In this document: one piece after another, positions 8,544 through 18,043 of the stretch
Layout of the letters: each line of letters begins with the position of its first letter
Numbering within the stretch: position 1 is the stretch's first letter
Translations under genes and position numbers: made by a program
The notes under the pieces: model-generated
The model's input: the letters and a program-made list of their open reading frames with translations, nothing else
Database searches by the model: none
Told to the model about the DNA's origin: nothing
Assembly: GCF_000014265.1 (NCBI RefSeq)
Contig: NC_008312.1
Location: 6,900,001 to 6,932,000, forward strand
Direction of reading: 5' to 3'
Source of the DNA: Trichodesmium erythraeum IMS101
Lineage (GTDB): Bacteria > Cyanobacteriota > Cyanobacteriia > Cyanobacteriales > Microcoleaceae
DNA: 32,000 bases

Positions 8544-9656
8544 TAGCAATCCCATATTGGTCGCAACAGATATAATAGTAAGAATAACAGATCTAAGAAA
8601 AAGACAAAAAATGAATATTATAGATAAACTAAATGATTTTATTAATCAAACAAAAGAGTCTAAAGAAATTAAAAGGGCCTTGGCCGTAAAAATGACCTTG
8701 TCAGGAAAATCCTACCATGAAGTCAAAGAATTATTAAATGTTTCTCACAGTTTTATTAGTGAATGGAAAAACCAAGCATTATTTCATGGTGTAGAAAGTT
8801 TAAGGCTTCAGTATCAAGGGAGACAAGGTTACTTAAAAACGGTCGAAAAAGAGAAAACAATTGAGTGGTTGAGAGCACAAGATTATCTTAGGTTATCAGA
8901 TTTAAAAAACTACTTACAGGAGCAATATGATGTGGTTTTTGAGTCTAATCAAAGTTACTATAACTTGTTTAAAGAAGCGGGCATAAGTTGGAAAAAAACT
9001 CAAAAAAAGAATCCTGCTAAAAATGATGAATTAGTAGAAGTTAAAAGAAAAGAAATAGAGGAATTTTTAGCTAAATGGCAACCAGAAATAGAAACTGGAA
9101 AGCTTACAGTGTTTATGATTGATGAATGTCATCTTCTATGGGGAGACATATTAGGTTATGCTTGGGGAAAAACAGATGAAAGAATAGAAATTGCAATTAA
9201 AAATGAAAAAGAAAGACAGACTTATTATGGAGCTTTAGACTATAAAACCAAGGAATTTCTTGTGCAAGAATATGAGAGTGGAAATACTAAAAATACTATT
9301 GAATTTATTAAATATTTGCAGAAGCAAAGACCGGGCAACAAATTGGCAATATTTTGGGATGGGGCAACTTACCATAACTCTCAAGAATTTCGAGAATATT
9401 TAATGACAATTAATCAATACTTATCAGAAGAAGAATTGTTGATAAATTGTACAAGATTTGCTCCCAATGCTCCGGAGCAAAATCCTGTTGAAGATATTTG
9501 GTTACAAACCAAAAATTTCAGTATTACTTTTTATCATCTTTGCAGTTCTTTTAAAGTAGTTAAGTGGCTATTTAAGTTTTTTGCGGATGGTCAAATATTC
9601 AATTTCCCAAAACTTTTTCAGTATGAAATTTTGCCGCAACCTACTTAGGATTGCTA
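8544..9656 (+). mobile_element. IS630-family insertion sequence, apparently intact, 1113 bp.
   Basis: Terminal inverted repeats are TAGCAATCC (8544-8552) and GGATTGCTA (9648-9656), with further partial matches inward. It is flanked by TA (8542-8543) and TA (9657-9658), which fits the TA target duplication of the IS630/Tc1-mariner group. It encodes a single transposase ORF. Confidence 0.85.
8611..9648 (+). CDS. IS630-family transposase (HTH plus DDE_3-type catalytic domain).
   Basis: The ORF track gives 8557..9648 from a TTG. The first ATG, at 8611 (MNIIDKLNDF...), is the more likely start. The N-terminus is HTH-like (RALAVKMTLSGKSYHEVKELLNVSHSFISEWKNQ). Acidic catalytic-region motifs are FMIDECHLLWG, IFWDGATYHNS and APNAPEQNPVEDIW. 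Confidence 0.85.
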   Translation: MNIIDKLNDFINQTKESKEIKRALAVKMTLSGKSYHEVKELLNVSHSFISEWKNQALFHGVESLRLQYQGRQGYLKTVEKEKTIEWLRAQDYLRLSDLKNYLQEQYDVVFESNQSYYNLFKEAGISWKKTQKKNPAKNDELVEVKRKEIEEFLAKWQPEIETGKLTVFMIDECHLLWGDILGYAWGKTDERIEIAIKNEKERQTYYGALDYKTKEFLVQEYESGNTKNTIEFIKYLQKQRPGNKLAIFWDGATYHNSQEFREYLMTINQYLSEEELLINCTRFAPNAPEQNPVEDIWLQTKNFSITFYHLCSSFKVVKWLFKFFADGQIFNFPKLFQYEILPQPT

Positions 9657-9658
9657 TA

Positions 9659-9825
9659 TCAAGGATGAACATGCCACATTAATGCTATAAACATAGATAA
9701 TCTTAGCTGTGAAATTAACCAATACTTGTTTTCTAATAGCTATGGTGGAAGCAAGGCACCAATGGGTTATTTGTCCAACTTTTCACTCTATTTTAATTAA
9801 GCCTAATCTTATTAAGTCTTTAACT
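9659..9825 (+). mobile_element. Right part of the decayed MITE-like IS630 relative. It is an internally deleted derivative.
   Basis: Joining 8541 to 9659 reconstructs GCTTTAGCTATCAAGGATGAACA, which parallels the internal sequence GCTTCAGTATCAAGGGAGACA. GATAATCTTAGCTGTGAAATTAA resembles internal GATTATCTTAGGTTATCAGATTTAA. TCCAACTTTTCACTCTATTTTAATTAAGCC resembles the IS right-end region CCCAAAACTTTTTCAGTATGAAATTTTGCC. Confidence 0.45.
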
Positions 9826-9830
9826 AATAT

Positions 9831-10340
9831 ATGAATGCCATAGTCGGAATTATAATGGGCAGTGACTCAGACTTGCCCACAATGAAAGAAGCGATCGCTA
9901 TTTGCGAAGAATTTAACATACCCTCAGAAGTCGCCATCCTATCAGCTCACCGCACACCCCAAAGAATGTTTGAATATGCCCAAACTGCCCATAAAAGAGG
10001 ATTAAAAGTCATCATTGCCGGAGCAGGAGGGGCAGCACATCTACCAGGAATGGTCGCATCTTTAACGCCACTCCCTGTAATAGGTGTACCAGTACAAACT
10101 CGAACCTTACAAGGAGTAGACTCATTATATTCTATAGTGCAAATGCCAGGGGGAATACCAGTCGCCACAGTAGCCATCGGCAATGCCAAAAATGCTGGCT
10201 TATTGGCCATTCAAATCTTAGCATCCCACCAACCAGAATTATTAGAACAAGTGCAAAAGTACCGTCACACCTTAGCTGAGTCAGTAATAGATAAGCAAAA
10301 TAAACTAGATCAAATTGGATATCAAGAATATTTAATATAA
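9831..10340 (+). CDS. purE: 5-(carboxyamino)imidazole ribonucleotide mutase.
   Basis: 169-aa ORF with PurE motifs: [19 protein letters not shown] and [14 protein letters not shown]. Confidence 0.93.
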   Translation: MNAIVGIIMGSDSDLPTMKEAIAICEEFNIPSEVAILSAHRTPQRMFEYAQTAHKRGLKVIIAGAGGAAHLPGMVASLTPLPVIGVPVQTRTLQGVDSLYSIVQMPGGIPVATVAIGNAKNAGLLAIQILASHQPELLEQVQKYRHTLAESVIDKQNKLDQIGYQEYLI

Positions 10341-10450
10341 ACTTAACCATTACACCAACTTATGATGGTAAAAAACTCACAAATACTTGTTATTGTAACT
10401 GGCAGTAACTGTTGTAGAAGCACCGCAAATACTACTGATAAATAAAAAAA

Positions 10451-10464
10451 GTAGCATTTGATAC
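10451..10464 (+). promoter_or_regulatory. Candidate NtcA binding site (GTA-N8-TAC) upstream of amt.
   Basis: GTAGCATTTGATAC matches GTAN8TAC exactly and lies 69 nt upstream of the amt ATG. The -10 candidates, GATATT and TATTTT at 10490-10497, are 25-27 nt downstream, which is longer than the canonical spacing of about 22 nt. amt genes are classical NtcA targets in cyanobacteria. Confidence 0.45.
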
Positions 10465-10532
10465 AGAAAGTTAAGACAATTAACAGTGCGATATTTTTTT
10501 TTGTAATCTAGCTAATTAACTCAGTCTAAAAA

Positions 10533-11999
10533 ATGACATCTAAATTAAAGTTTAGGATCAACAAAACAAAAAACAGACGGTTATTATCAGCAAAATATAG
10601 CCGTTTCTTAGAACCGACAAAACTGATAAATTATCTAAGTCGGACAAAGTGGTTTTCCCCCACCAAATTAGCTTGCATACCTCTATTATGCCTAATTATC
10701 GCTCTGTGGGCAGGAGCAGCAAATGCGCAAGACCAAGAATTAACCCCAGAATATATAAAAGGGGTTTTAGATGCCATTTGGATTTTAGTAGCTTCAGTCT
10801 TTGTAATTTTTATGAATGCTGGTTTCGGAATGCTAGAATCAGGATTCTGTCGCCAGAAAAATACAGTTAATATATTAGCAAAAAACCTAATTGTATTTGC
10901 CATAGCCACATTAGTCTATTGGTCTATAGGATTTTCCATAATGTTTGCTGGAGACCATCCCTTTATTGGTGCAGGTGGTTTTTTTCTAACTGGAGAATCT
11001 AGCACCTATGGACTAAATCCATTTCCAGCAGGTTTGCCAGTACCTGTATTTTTCCTCTTCCAAGCCGCTTTTGCTGCCACTGCCGCAACTATTGTCTCTG
11101 GAGCAGTAGCAGAAAGAGTAGAATTTTTAGCCTTTTTACTTTTTAGCATATTAATCACAGGTATTTCATATCCTATTACTGGACACTGGATTTGGGGCAG
11201 TGGTGGTTGGCTAGGAGCAATGGGCTTCAAAGACTTTGCAGGTTCAACAGCAGTTCACTCAGTAGGTGGCTGGGCAGCATTAGTAGGAGCGTATATACTT
11301 AGACCTCGGAGGGGTAAATATGATGAAAAAAACCAACCCCAAGCTATTCCTGGCCACAACATGGGTTTTGCTACCTTAGGCTGTTTAATTCTTTGGATCG
11401 GCTGGTTTGGCTTTAACCCTGGTTCTCAACTTGCAGCAGATGAAAACGTGGTTTATATTGCTGTAACCACAAATTTAGCAGCAGCAGCAGGGGGAGCTAC
11501 CGCAGCCATTACATCTTGGTCTAAAGATAAGAAGCCAGACCTTTCAATGATTATTAACGGAGTTTTGGCTGGCTTAGTCGGAATTACTGCAGGTTGTGAT
11601 GGGGTATCTTACTTAGAAGCAGTAATTATTGGTAGTATAGCTGGTATGATAGTAGTCTTCTCAGTTTCCTTTTTTGACAAGTTGACAATTGATGATCCAG
11701 TAGGAGCAATATCAGTTCACTTGATCTGCGGTATTTGGGGTACTTTAGCCGTTGGTATTTTTGTCGAAGATACTAGTATCATAACCCAATTTATAGGTAT
11801 TATCTCCGTTGGATTATTTACAGTTATACTCTCCAGCATTTTCTGGCTAGCTTTAAGAGCTACTGTCGGTATTCGTGTTCATCCAGAGCAAGAGTATAAA
11901 GGGTTAGATATTTCTGAACATGGAATGGAAGCTTATCATGGCTTTGTGAAAGAACCTGATTCCCTTGCAACTGGTGTTTCTCATGATCATATTCAGTAA
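10533..11999 (+). CDS. amt: Ammonium transporter (Amt family) with an N-terminal signal or leader region.
   Basis: 488-aa polytopic ORF with Amt signatures: [53 protein letters not shown] and [15 protein letters not shown]. The start codon is not verified. Confidence 0.9.
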   Translation: MTSKLKFRINKTKNRRLLSAKYSRFLEPTKLINYLSRTKWFSPTKLACIPLLCLIIALWAGAANAQDQELTPEYIKGVLDAIWILVASVFVIFMNAGFGMLESGFCRQKNTVNILAKNLIVFAIATLVYWSIGFSIMFAGDHPFIGAGGFFLTGESSTYGLNPFPAGLPVPVFFLFQAAFAATAATIVSGAVAERVEFLAFLLFSILITGISYPITGHWIWGSGGWLGAMGFKDFAGSTAVHSVGGWAALVGAYILRPRRGKYDEKNQPQAIPGHNMGFATLGCLILWIGWFGFNPGSQLAADENVVYIAVTTNLAAAAGGATAAITSWSKDKKPDLSMIINGVLAGLVGITAGCDGVSYLEAVIIGSIAGMIVVFSVSFFDKLTIDDPVGAISVHLICGIWGTLAVGIFVEDTSIITQFIGIISVGLFTVILSSIFWLALRATVGIRVHPEQEYKGLDISEHGMEAYHGFVKEPDSLATGVSHDHIQ

Positions 12000-12566
12000 A
12001 ATAGTCAAAGCCTAGGTTTTTTAGATAGATATAGAAGCCATTTGGTATCTTTTTAAGCTAAATACCCTTACTAAAGTAACTAGCAGCTCAAGTAAATAAT
12101 AGTATTTGTAATGGCTAACTGAGAATTACTTATGTTAACAATCATTAAACCCAAAAACTGTAAGGCTGATAATTAGAAAAAGATCTATCAAATGGATTCT
12201 ATATACCTGGGAAAAACTTTAACAGAGTAAGGTAAGACAAAAAAACTCCCATCTCTATGAAGTGAAATCTTGCACACTACTCAAGCATAAAGTACTTGTC
12301 GCCGATTTTTGAGGTTAGTTAAACATTACTGATTTGATAATATTTATTCATATAAGTTGAGATATGCTAATCCGGCTTACTTATCAAATTTTATAGATTG
12401 TGGTAAAATTATACTATAGGCTTCAAAGCTTCAAGCTCAAACTACGGTTCTTGTGGCTATCAGAAAGACAATGACTGCAACAGCCATCACTTTAACTGGT
12501 GATGCCACAGAGATTCAAAGTTGATGACTTGTGCATTAGCTTTGTATCAGTTAAATGTTGCACTAA

Positions 12567-13448
12567 TTGAATTCAGCTAAGGTGTTTACTTTCTCTAGAG
12601 ATTTTCCAGCATGGGTTTGGTTTTCTTTGGCTGCTAATGGGCTACTGTCAATGACAGTAGCTATACTAATTGTAACTGATTACAACTTGCCAGAAGACCC
12701 TCAAGTAAGTGCTATAATCACATCAACTACTACTAATAGTATTAAATCGAACAAACCCAGCCCATTATTTGGGGAAGCTCGAACAAAACTTCTAGCTATT
12801 GGGAGAAACCATAAATGGACTTATAAACAATGGGTGGAACAGTTGCAGCGAGAAGCGATCGCCGCAGCTAATAACCGTCCCGAACGTCTAACTATTTTAG
12901 TAGGAGATTCTTTGAGCCTTTGGTTTCCCTCAAAACTTCTTCCCTGGGATAGAAATTGGTTAAATCAAGGAATTTCTGGAGAAACAACAGCTGGTCTATT
13001 GAAAAGATTATACTTATTTGATAGTACCAGGCCAGAAACAATTTTTGTGATGATTGGGATTAATGATTTGTTAAATGGGGTGGATAATCAGAAAATTCTG
13101 GCCAATCAAAGAAAAATTATCAGTCAACTACGAACTGTTCATCCCGGAAGTCAAATAGTTGTCCAATCTATTTTGCCCCATAGTGGGGAGTTAGCTACTT
13201 GGGAAGGTCGCGATCGCCTCCTGCAACTATCCAATAGTCGTATCAGAAAAATTAATCGTAGTCTGAAAGCTTTAGCTGATGATGAAGGAGCATTCTATTT
13301 AAACCTTTACCCACTATTTACAAATGCTCAAGGTCTTCTGCGATCTGAACTAAGTACCGATGGCCTGCACCTGAATGATAAAGGTTATCAAGTCTGGAGT
13401 ACAGCCATCAAAATGTATATCAAAATTAGACTGGAACAACCATGGTAA
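12567..13448 (+). CDS. SGNH/GDSL-family hydrolase with an N-terminal transmembrane segment.
   Basis: 293-aa ORF with all four blocks: block I VGDSLS, block II GISGETT, block III GINDL and block V DGLHLNDKGY. The start at 12567 is TTG, with an alternative GTG at 12582. Confidence 0.8.
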   Translation: MNSAKVFTFSRDFPAWVWFSLAANGLLSMTVAILIVTDYNLPEDPQVSAIITSTTTNSIKSNKPSPLFGEARTKLLAIGRNHKWTYKQWVEQLQREAIAAANNRPERLTILVGDSLSLWFPSKLLPWDRNWLNQGISGETTAGLLKRLYLFDSTRPETIFVMIGINDLLNGVDNQKILANQRKIISQLRTVHPGSQIVVQSILPHSGELATWEGRDRLLQLSNSRIRKINRSLKALADDEGAFYLNLYPLFTNAQGLLRSELSTDGLHLNDKGYQVWSTAIKMYIKIRLEQPW

Positions 13449-13661
13449 ATAGTTGTAAGTATTATTTGTCAGTTTTTAGTGCTCCCTTATGCTCATTATA
13501 GAGCCTCATTGAATTGAGGATTTGTCAATCAAATTAATGAGATTTTCTTATTTATTTTGTCCAAAATTTTCAAATTCTACTCCACAAACTTTATGATCGT
13601 ACTTAGTTAAAAAGTACTGTAAGATTAGAGAAATTTAAGTCAACTCTAATAAGAAAAAATA

Positions 13662-14867
13662 ATGGATACAAAAGCCTTTACCAGAGCACTAAAAAAATCT
13701 GAAAATTATAACCGTCAAGGATTTGGTCATGCTCAAGAAGTAGCCACTCTAATGCAGTCTGCTTACAAAAGTAACCTAATCCAACAAATTCGAGAAAATA
13801 ATTATACCCTACAAAGAGGGGAAGTTACCATTAAACTCGCAAAAACTTTTGGCTTTTGTTGGGGTGTAGAAAGGTCTGTAGCAATGGCTTATGAAACCCG
13901 TCAACATTTCCCTAACCAACAAATTTGGATTAGTTACGAATTAATTCATAATCCTTCTGTGAATCAGGATATGAAGGACATGGAAATTAAGTTTATTCCT
14001 GTAATTGATGGTCAAAAAGATTTCTCTGTAGCCGGGAATAACGATGTAGTAATTTTACCTGCTTTTGGTGCAAGTGTTCAGGAAATGCAAATCCTAAAGG
14101 ATAAAAATTGCCAAATAGTTGATACTACTTGCCCTTGGGTTTCTAAAGTGTGGAATAGTATAGAAAAACATAAAAAGAAAAAATTTACCTCTATTATTCA
14201 TGGTAAATATAGTCACGCAGAAACTATTGCTACTAGCTCTTTTGCTGATAAATATTTGATAGTTCTAAATATGACACAGGCCCAATATGTCTGTAATTAT
14301 ATTCTCAATGGTGGCAACCGTGATGAATTTTTAGCTAAGTTTAAGCAGGCTTATTCTGAAGGTTTTGACCCTGATTTGGATTTAGAACAAGTTGGTATTG
14401 CGAATCAAACAACTATGTTGAAAACTGAAACAGAAGAAATAGGAAAGTTGTTTGAACGAACAATGATGAAAAAGTATAGACCAGATCAATTAAACGCACA
14501 TTATCAAAACTTTAATACTATTTGTGATGCTACTCAAGAGCGACAAGATGCAATAGCAGGCTTATTTAATGAAAAGTTAGATTTAATGGTAGTCATAGGA
14601 GGTTTTAATTCTTCTAATACGACTCATTTACAAGAAATGGCTATAGAAAATGGCATTCCTTCCTATCATATTGATGGTGCTCAAAGGATTTTATCTAGGA
14701 ATAAAATTGAACATAAACCTTTAGGAAGAGAAGTGAAAATATCGGAGGGTTGGTTGCCTGAAGGTCCGGTAGTTGTAGGTCTCACTTCTGGTGCTTCAAC
14801 GCCGGATCAAGCTGTTGAAGATACTATTAATAAAATTGTGGCAATGAAATTGGTTGTTATGAATTAA
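13662..14867 (+). CDS. ispH: 4-hydroxy-3-methylbut-2-enyl diphosphate reductase.
   Basis: 401-aa ORF with IspH/LytB motifs: [34 protein letters not shown] and [11 protein letters not shown]. Confidence 0.92.
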   Translation: MDTKAFTRALKKSENYNRQGFGHAQEVATLMQSAYKSNLIQQIRENNYTLQRGEVTIKLAKTFGFCWGVERSVAMAYETRQHFPNQQIWISYELIHNPSVNQDMKDMEIKFIPVIDGQKDFSVAGNNDVVILPAFGASVQEMQILKDKNCQIVDTTCPWVSKVWNSIEKHKKKKFTSIIHGKYSHAETIATSSFADKYLIVLNMTQAQYVCNYILNGGNRDEFLAKFKQAYSEGFDPDLDLEQVGIANQTTMLKTETEEIGKLFERTMMKKYRPDQLNAHYQNFNTICDATQERQDAIAGLFNEKLDLMVVIGGFNSSNTTHLQEMAIENGIPSYHIDGAQRILSRNKIEHKPLGREVKISEGWLPEGPVVVGLTSGASTPDQAVEDTINKIVAMKLVVMN

Positions 14868-15510
14868 AAGCGTTTCCGAATTGAGCTATGAATTTCTCAA
14901 CAAATGAGGATTTATTAACTTCCATATTTCTAGCATAGAAGCATTTTAGTGCCATACTTAAGGCAAATATTTGTGGTTTATAATTTGATCCTCATTCCTA
15001 AATTTGCCTTTGATGAATAAGGGATGAAACTAGAGCAAACAGGGAAATGCCAAAATTTAAAGTAGTACATTATTCACTTGTTTAGGTATAAAAGTCTACC
15101 TAATAGTTGAGGTTAGTGACAGGCATGAATTGTTGCGACAGTCGTAGCGATAGCCACTTCTCTCCCTACAGCTAATAGACCTCTCTTAAAATGCCCATTT
15201 AGGAACTGCGGAGTCAGGGTTTAAAAACATTTTATGTTGATATCTAATGATTAGATAGGTCAACAACAACTGCAAGAGTAAGAACTTCGTCATTATTAAG
15301 CAGAATTTGACATCCTCCTCGGCTATTAGGCACAGGAAAACAACCGAGTCACAGCCAGGAAGTTTCAGAAGCTACAGCTACTTTGGCTGTATTCTTACCC
15401 TTGGCGACCCGTCCATTTTTCATATTGTAAAAGCCTCAAAATAACATACTTTTTAAAAAAAATCAAATAAAAAGTTGCCCACTTATGGGGGAGGCTTTAA
15501 ATCCAAATTT

Positions 15511-15741
15511 TCAGTAATTATAACGATGATAATTTTCTGCTACTTCTAAAAGACCATCTATAAGCCACCAGTTAATACCACCAGATACAACCCCTCCTAA
15601 TATTAGAACCCATGAAGTTTCAGCCTTTGCAAATAATTTAGCAACTAGCTTTGTTATTGCGAATGAAGTCACGAGAATAAATAACTTGGCCTCTATGGGT
15701 AACTCCTGTAAATCTAGAACATTTGATACTCTAATTCTCAT
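15511..15741 (-). CDS. Hypothetical small membrane protein, 76 aa.
   Basis: The ORF has two hydrophobic stretches (LFILVTSFAITKLV and WVLILGGVVSGGINWWLI). I recognise no family, so coding status is uncertain. Confidence 0.35.
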   Translation of the reverse strand: MRIRVSNVLDLQELPIEAKLFILVTSFAITKLVAKLFAKAETSWVLILGGVVSGGINWWLIDGLLEVAENYHRYNY

Positions 15742-15889
15742 TCCTCATGTAGCGACAACTATCACATTGGCAAGGTAACAGTGATTCTTTCAAATAAGGA
15801 TGCCATATGATTTCTCAAGTATCGGTACAGCTCCGTCGTGAACACCGGGAAAGTTATAGAAATTTCAAATCTAAATATTTTACAAAAAC

Positions 15890-16191
15890 AGGACTTACTA
15901 AAAGGTAATATGTATATACTTATATAGTATATATAACTGGAGAGTACTACTACTTATATAGTATACATAACTGGAGAGTACAAAGTTCTCCTAAAAAACT
16001 ACTCGGTTTAAAGGCTGAGAGGATTATAGAAATTTGCTTACAGAATTTATAATTATTTTGTTTTGAGGAAGTTTCTAAGCTTGAGATAGCTGTAAGCAAA
16101 AGCTCGTAATAGTTATTCCCAGAACTTCCCACTATCTAGTATATAACTATAGTTCAAAAACTATGTAACTTATGGTCTCTGCGTAAGTCCT
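15890..16191. mobile_element. Possible MITE-like element of 302 bp bounded by 9-bp inverted repeats.
   Basis: AGGACTTAC (15890-15898) and GTAAGTCCT (16183-16191). The flanks are CAAAAAC on the left and CAAAAAA on the right. Internally there is a 33-bp tandem duplication (TACTTATATAGTATA[T/C]ATAACTGGAGAGTAC at 15918-15948 and 15951-15981). There is no credible ORF. Confidence 0.3.
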
Positions 16192-16215
16192 CAAAAAAAT
16201 CATGGGAAATTATGA

Positions 16216-17025
16216 TCATAAGAGTTTATTTTCTTGTATGACTCCATCTTCAAGATAAGCCACTCTATCAGCATAACTAACTATCCTAGAATCATGAGTT
16301 ACCATTAGCACAGTACAACCACCTTCTTTGGCTAGCCGGCGTAGTAACTCTATAACTTTATGGCCACTATGAGAATCTAAAGCTGCTGTTGGTTCATCGG
16401 CCATAATAATTCTAGGGTTTCCAGATAGGGCACGAGCGATAGCTACCCTTTGTTTTTGGCCACCGGATAAATCCCGTGGATGTAGTTGAGCTTGAGGAGC
16501 CAAACCTACCTGTTCCAAAAGCACTTGAGCTTCATGTTTTGCTGCCTTACCTTTGATACCCTTCATATTCAGAGCTACTTCTATATTTTCTGCTGCTGTT
16601 AATGCTGGAAATAAGTTAAATCCCTGAAAGATAAAGCCGATGTTTTGGAGTCTAAACTTGGCCAATTGATGCCTAGACATTTTGGTAATTTCTTGTCCCA
16701 AGAGACACACTCTGCCAGATGTTGGTGTTAATAATCCTGCTAAGATTGATAGTAAAGTAGTTTTACCAGAACCAGATGGCCCCATCAATAATTGCACATC
16801 ACCCTTTTGTACTGTCAAGTCAATATTCTTGAGTACCTGGTAGGACTGCTGTCCTGTTTGGTAGGTCATTGTTACCACACAAGAGGAAATTGCAGCTATT
16901 CTTAAGCCAACAATATCTCTAGGGTTACAAAGATATAGGTTTTTAGTTTTAGTGGCAGCAGCCATGTACATATTGAAAGTAGTCATAGGTGCGACTTTTG
17001 GTAAGGTAGAGTGTTTGGGGAACAT
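16216..17025 (-). CDS. ABC transporter ATP-binding protein, DevA/MacB-like, with no adjacent permease or membrane-fusion genes.
   Basis: It has Walker A (GPSGSGKTT), the Q-loop, the signature LSGGQKQRVAIARAL, Walker B (IIMADEPTAALD) and the H-loop (VTHD). The C-terminal region EGGCTVLMVTHDSRIVSYADRVAYLEDG resembles DevA. The start is uncertain, with in-frame ATGs at codons 1, 14, 19, 21 and 53. Confidence 0.85.
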   Translation of the reverse strand: MFPKHSTLPKVAPMTTFNMYMAAATKTKNLYLCNPRDIVGLRIAAISSCVVTMTYQTGQQSYQVLKNIDLTVQKGDVQLLMGPSGSGKTTLLSILAGLLTPTSGRVCLLGQEITKMSRHQLAKFRLQNIGFIFQGFNLFPALTAAENIEVALNMKGIKGKAAKHEAQVLLEQVGLAPQAQLHPRDLSGGQKQRVAIARALSGNPRIIMADEPTAALDSHSGHKVIELLRRLAKEGGCTVLMVTHDSRIVSYADRVAYLEDGVIQENKLL

Positions 17026-18043
17026 GAGGAATATACCTCTAATAGATAGTTCGCGCGCGTAGGATATTTCTATTATTTTTCTTTGAGTTGCCTATAGCCT
17101 TTAGTTTAATCTTCCTAAATTGAATCTCTCTGTTAAAAATGAATTTAATATGAGGGGTTAATTTAAGTTGAATGGCCTTTAATATCAAGAGAAACTGAGG
17201 CAATTTATTTATATTGTATTTTAGCTTACTAAGTTTTAAGGTAATTAAGAACACTTAAAACTTAGATTAAAATTACTAGAATTTGTCTAAGAATCTACTC
17301 AGAAATGATTTAGGATAAATTCTAAGTTGTGTTTGACTTACTTAACACATTTTTTTTGAGTTATTTATGTTTGATTTTTAGAATTTTACTGGTTTCACCT
17401 CCATCAACATAATAGACATTAAGAAAAGATAAATTTTTCCTGTTTTGGAGTTACAACCAAGTACTTTTATTAATTTTGAAATTAAAATATTTATATTTTT
17501 TAACCGTTAATTAATAGAATGAACTTGGCAAATTTAAAATTTTAGTTATTAACACTATTAATAAGTCTACTCTATTATTTAAATTATTTCAATTAGTTGA
17601 GTCATAATACTTAGGCTAAGTCTAGTCCCTAGAAAAATCGTTTGTAGGTATTGTCCTCGTAAATTAATAAAGAGTTTCTTGATTGGGTATAAAAACAACT
17701 AATTATTAGTGTATCTATATAACTAAGATAGCATAGTACAATGTTCTGGTTAACAATAAATTATCGTATAAAAAATAGCAGATATTAATCTCTGATAGTG
17801 CTTAAATTGTATATACATTTTTGGGAAAAATAAAGAATGTATGGTGATCCTATTTCAGTGATAATATTTCGGTGGTAGTTAGGTAGGGAAGTTGTCGGAG
17901 ATACGGCAAATAAAAAATTATAACTTAAAAGGTTTCCCGTTTAAATTAACTATTATAAAAATTTTTATAACTTTTTTTTGTCAATTTACTTTCTGCTAAA
18001 CTGTTGTAATTAGTCGATAATATCCAGATATCTCAATATTTTT

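Noticed and set aside
8557-8610. TTG start at 8557 for the transposase
   Set aside because: It would begin only 13 nt inside the IS terminal repeat. The first ATG, at 8611, gives a typical IS630 N-terminus, so the shorter CDS is preferred.
9947-11230. Track ORFs 9947..10210(-), 10132..10350(-), 10631..10909(-), 10649..10870(+) and 11006..11230(-)
   Set aside because: All overlap purE or amt in other frames or on the other strand, and none has a family signature.
12008-12026. Possible intrinsic terminator after amt (AAAGCCTAGGTTTTTT)
   Set aside because: The stem would be only about 5 weak base pairs around the CCTAGG palindrome, which is too marginal to call.
15348-15422. 24-codon minus-strand ORF (MKNGRVAKGKNTAKVAVASETSWL) with GAGG 10 nt upstream
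   Set aside because: I recognise no family, it is very short and there is no supporting context.
15950-16132. Track ORF 15950..16132(-)
   Set aside because: It lies inside the repeat-rich MITE-like spacer, with no RBS and no recognisable features.
17039-17254. Track ORF 17039..17254(-)
   Set aside because: It is a K/I/L/N-rich translation of very AT-rich spacer and is unlikely to be coding.
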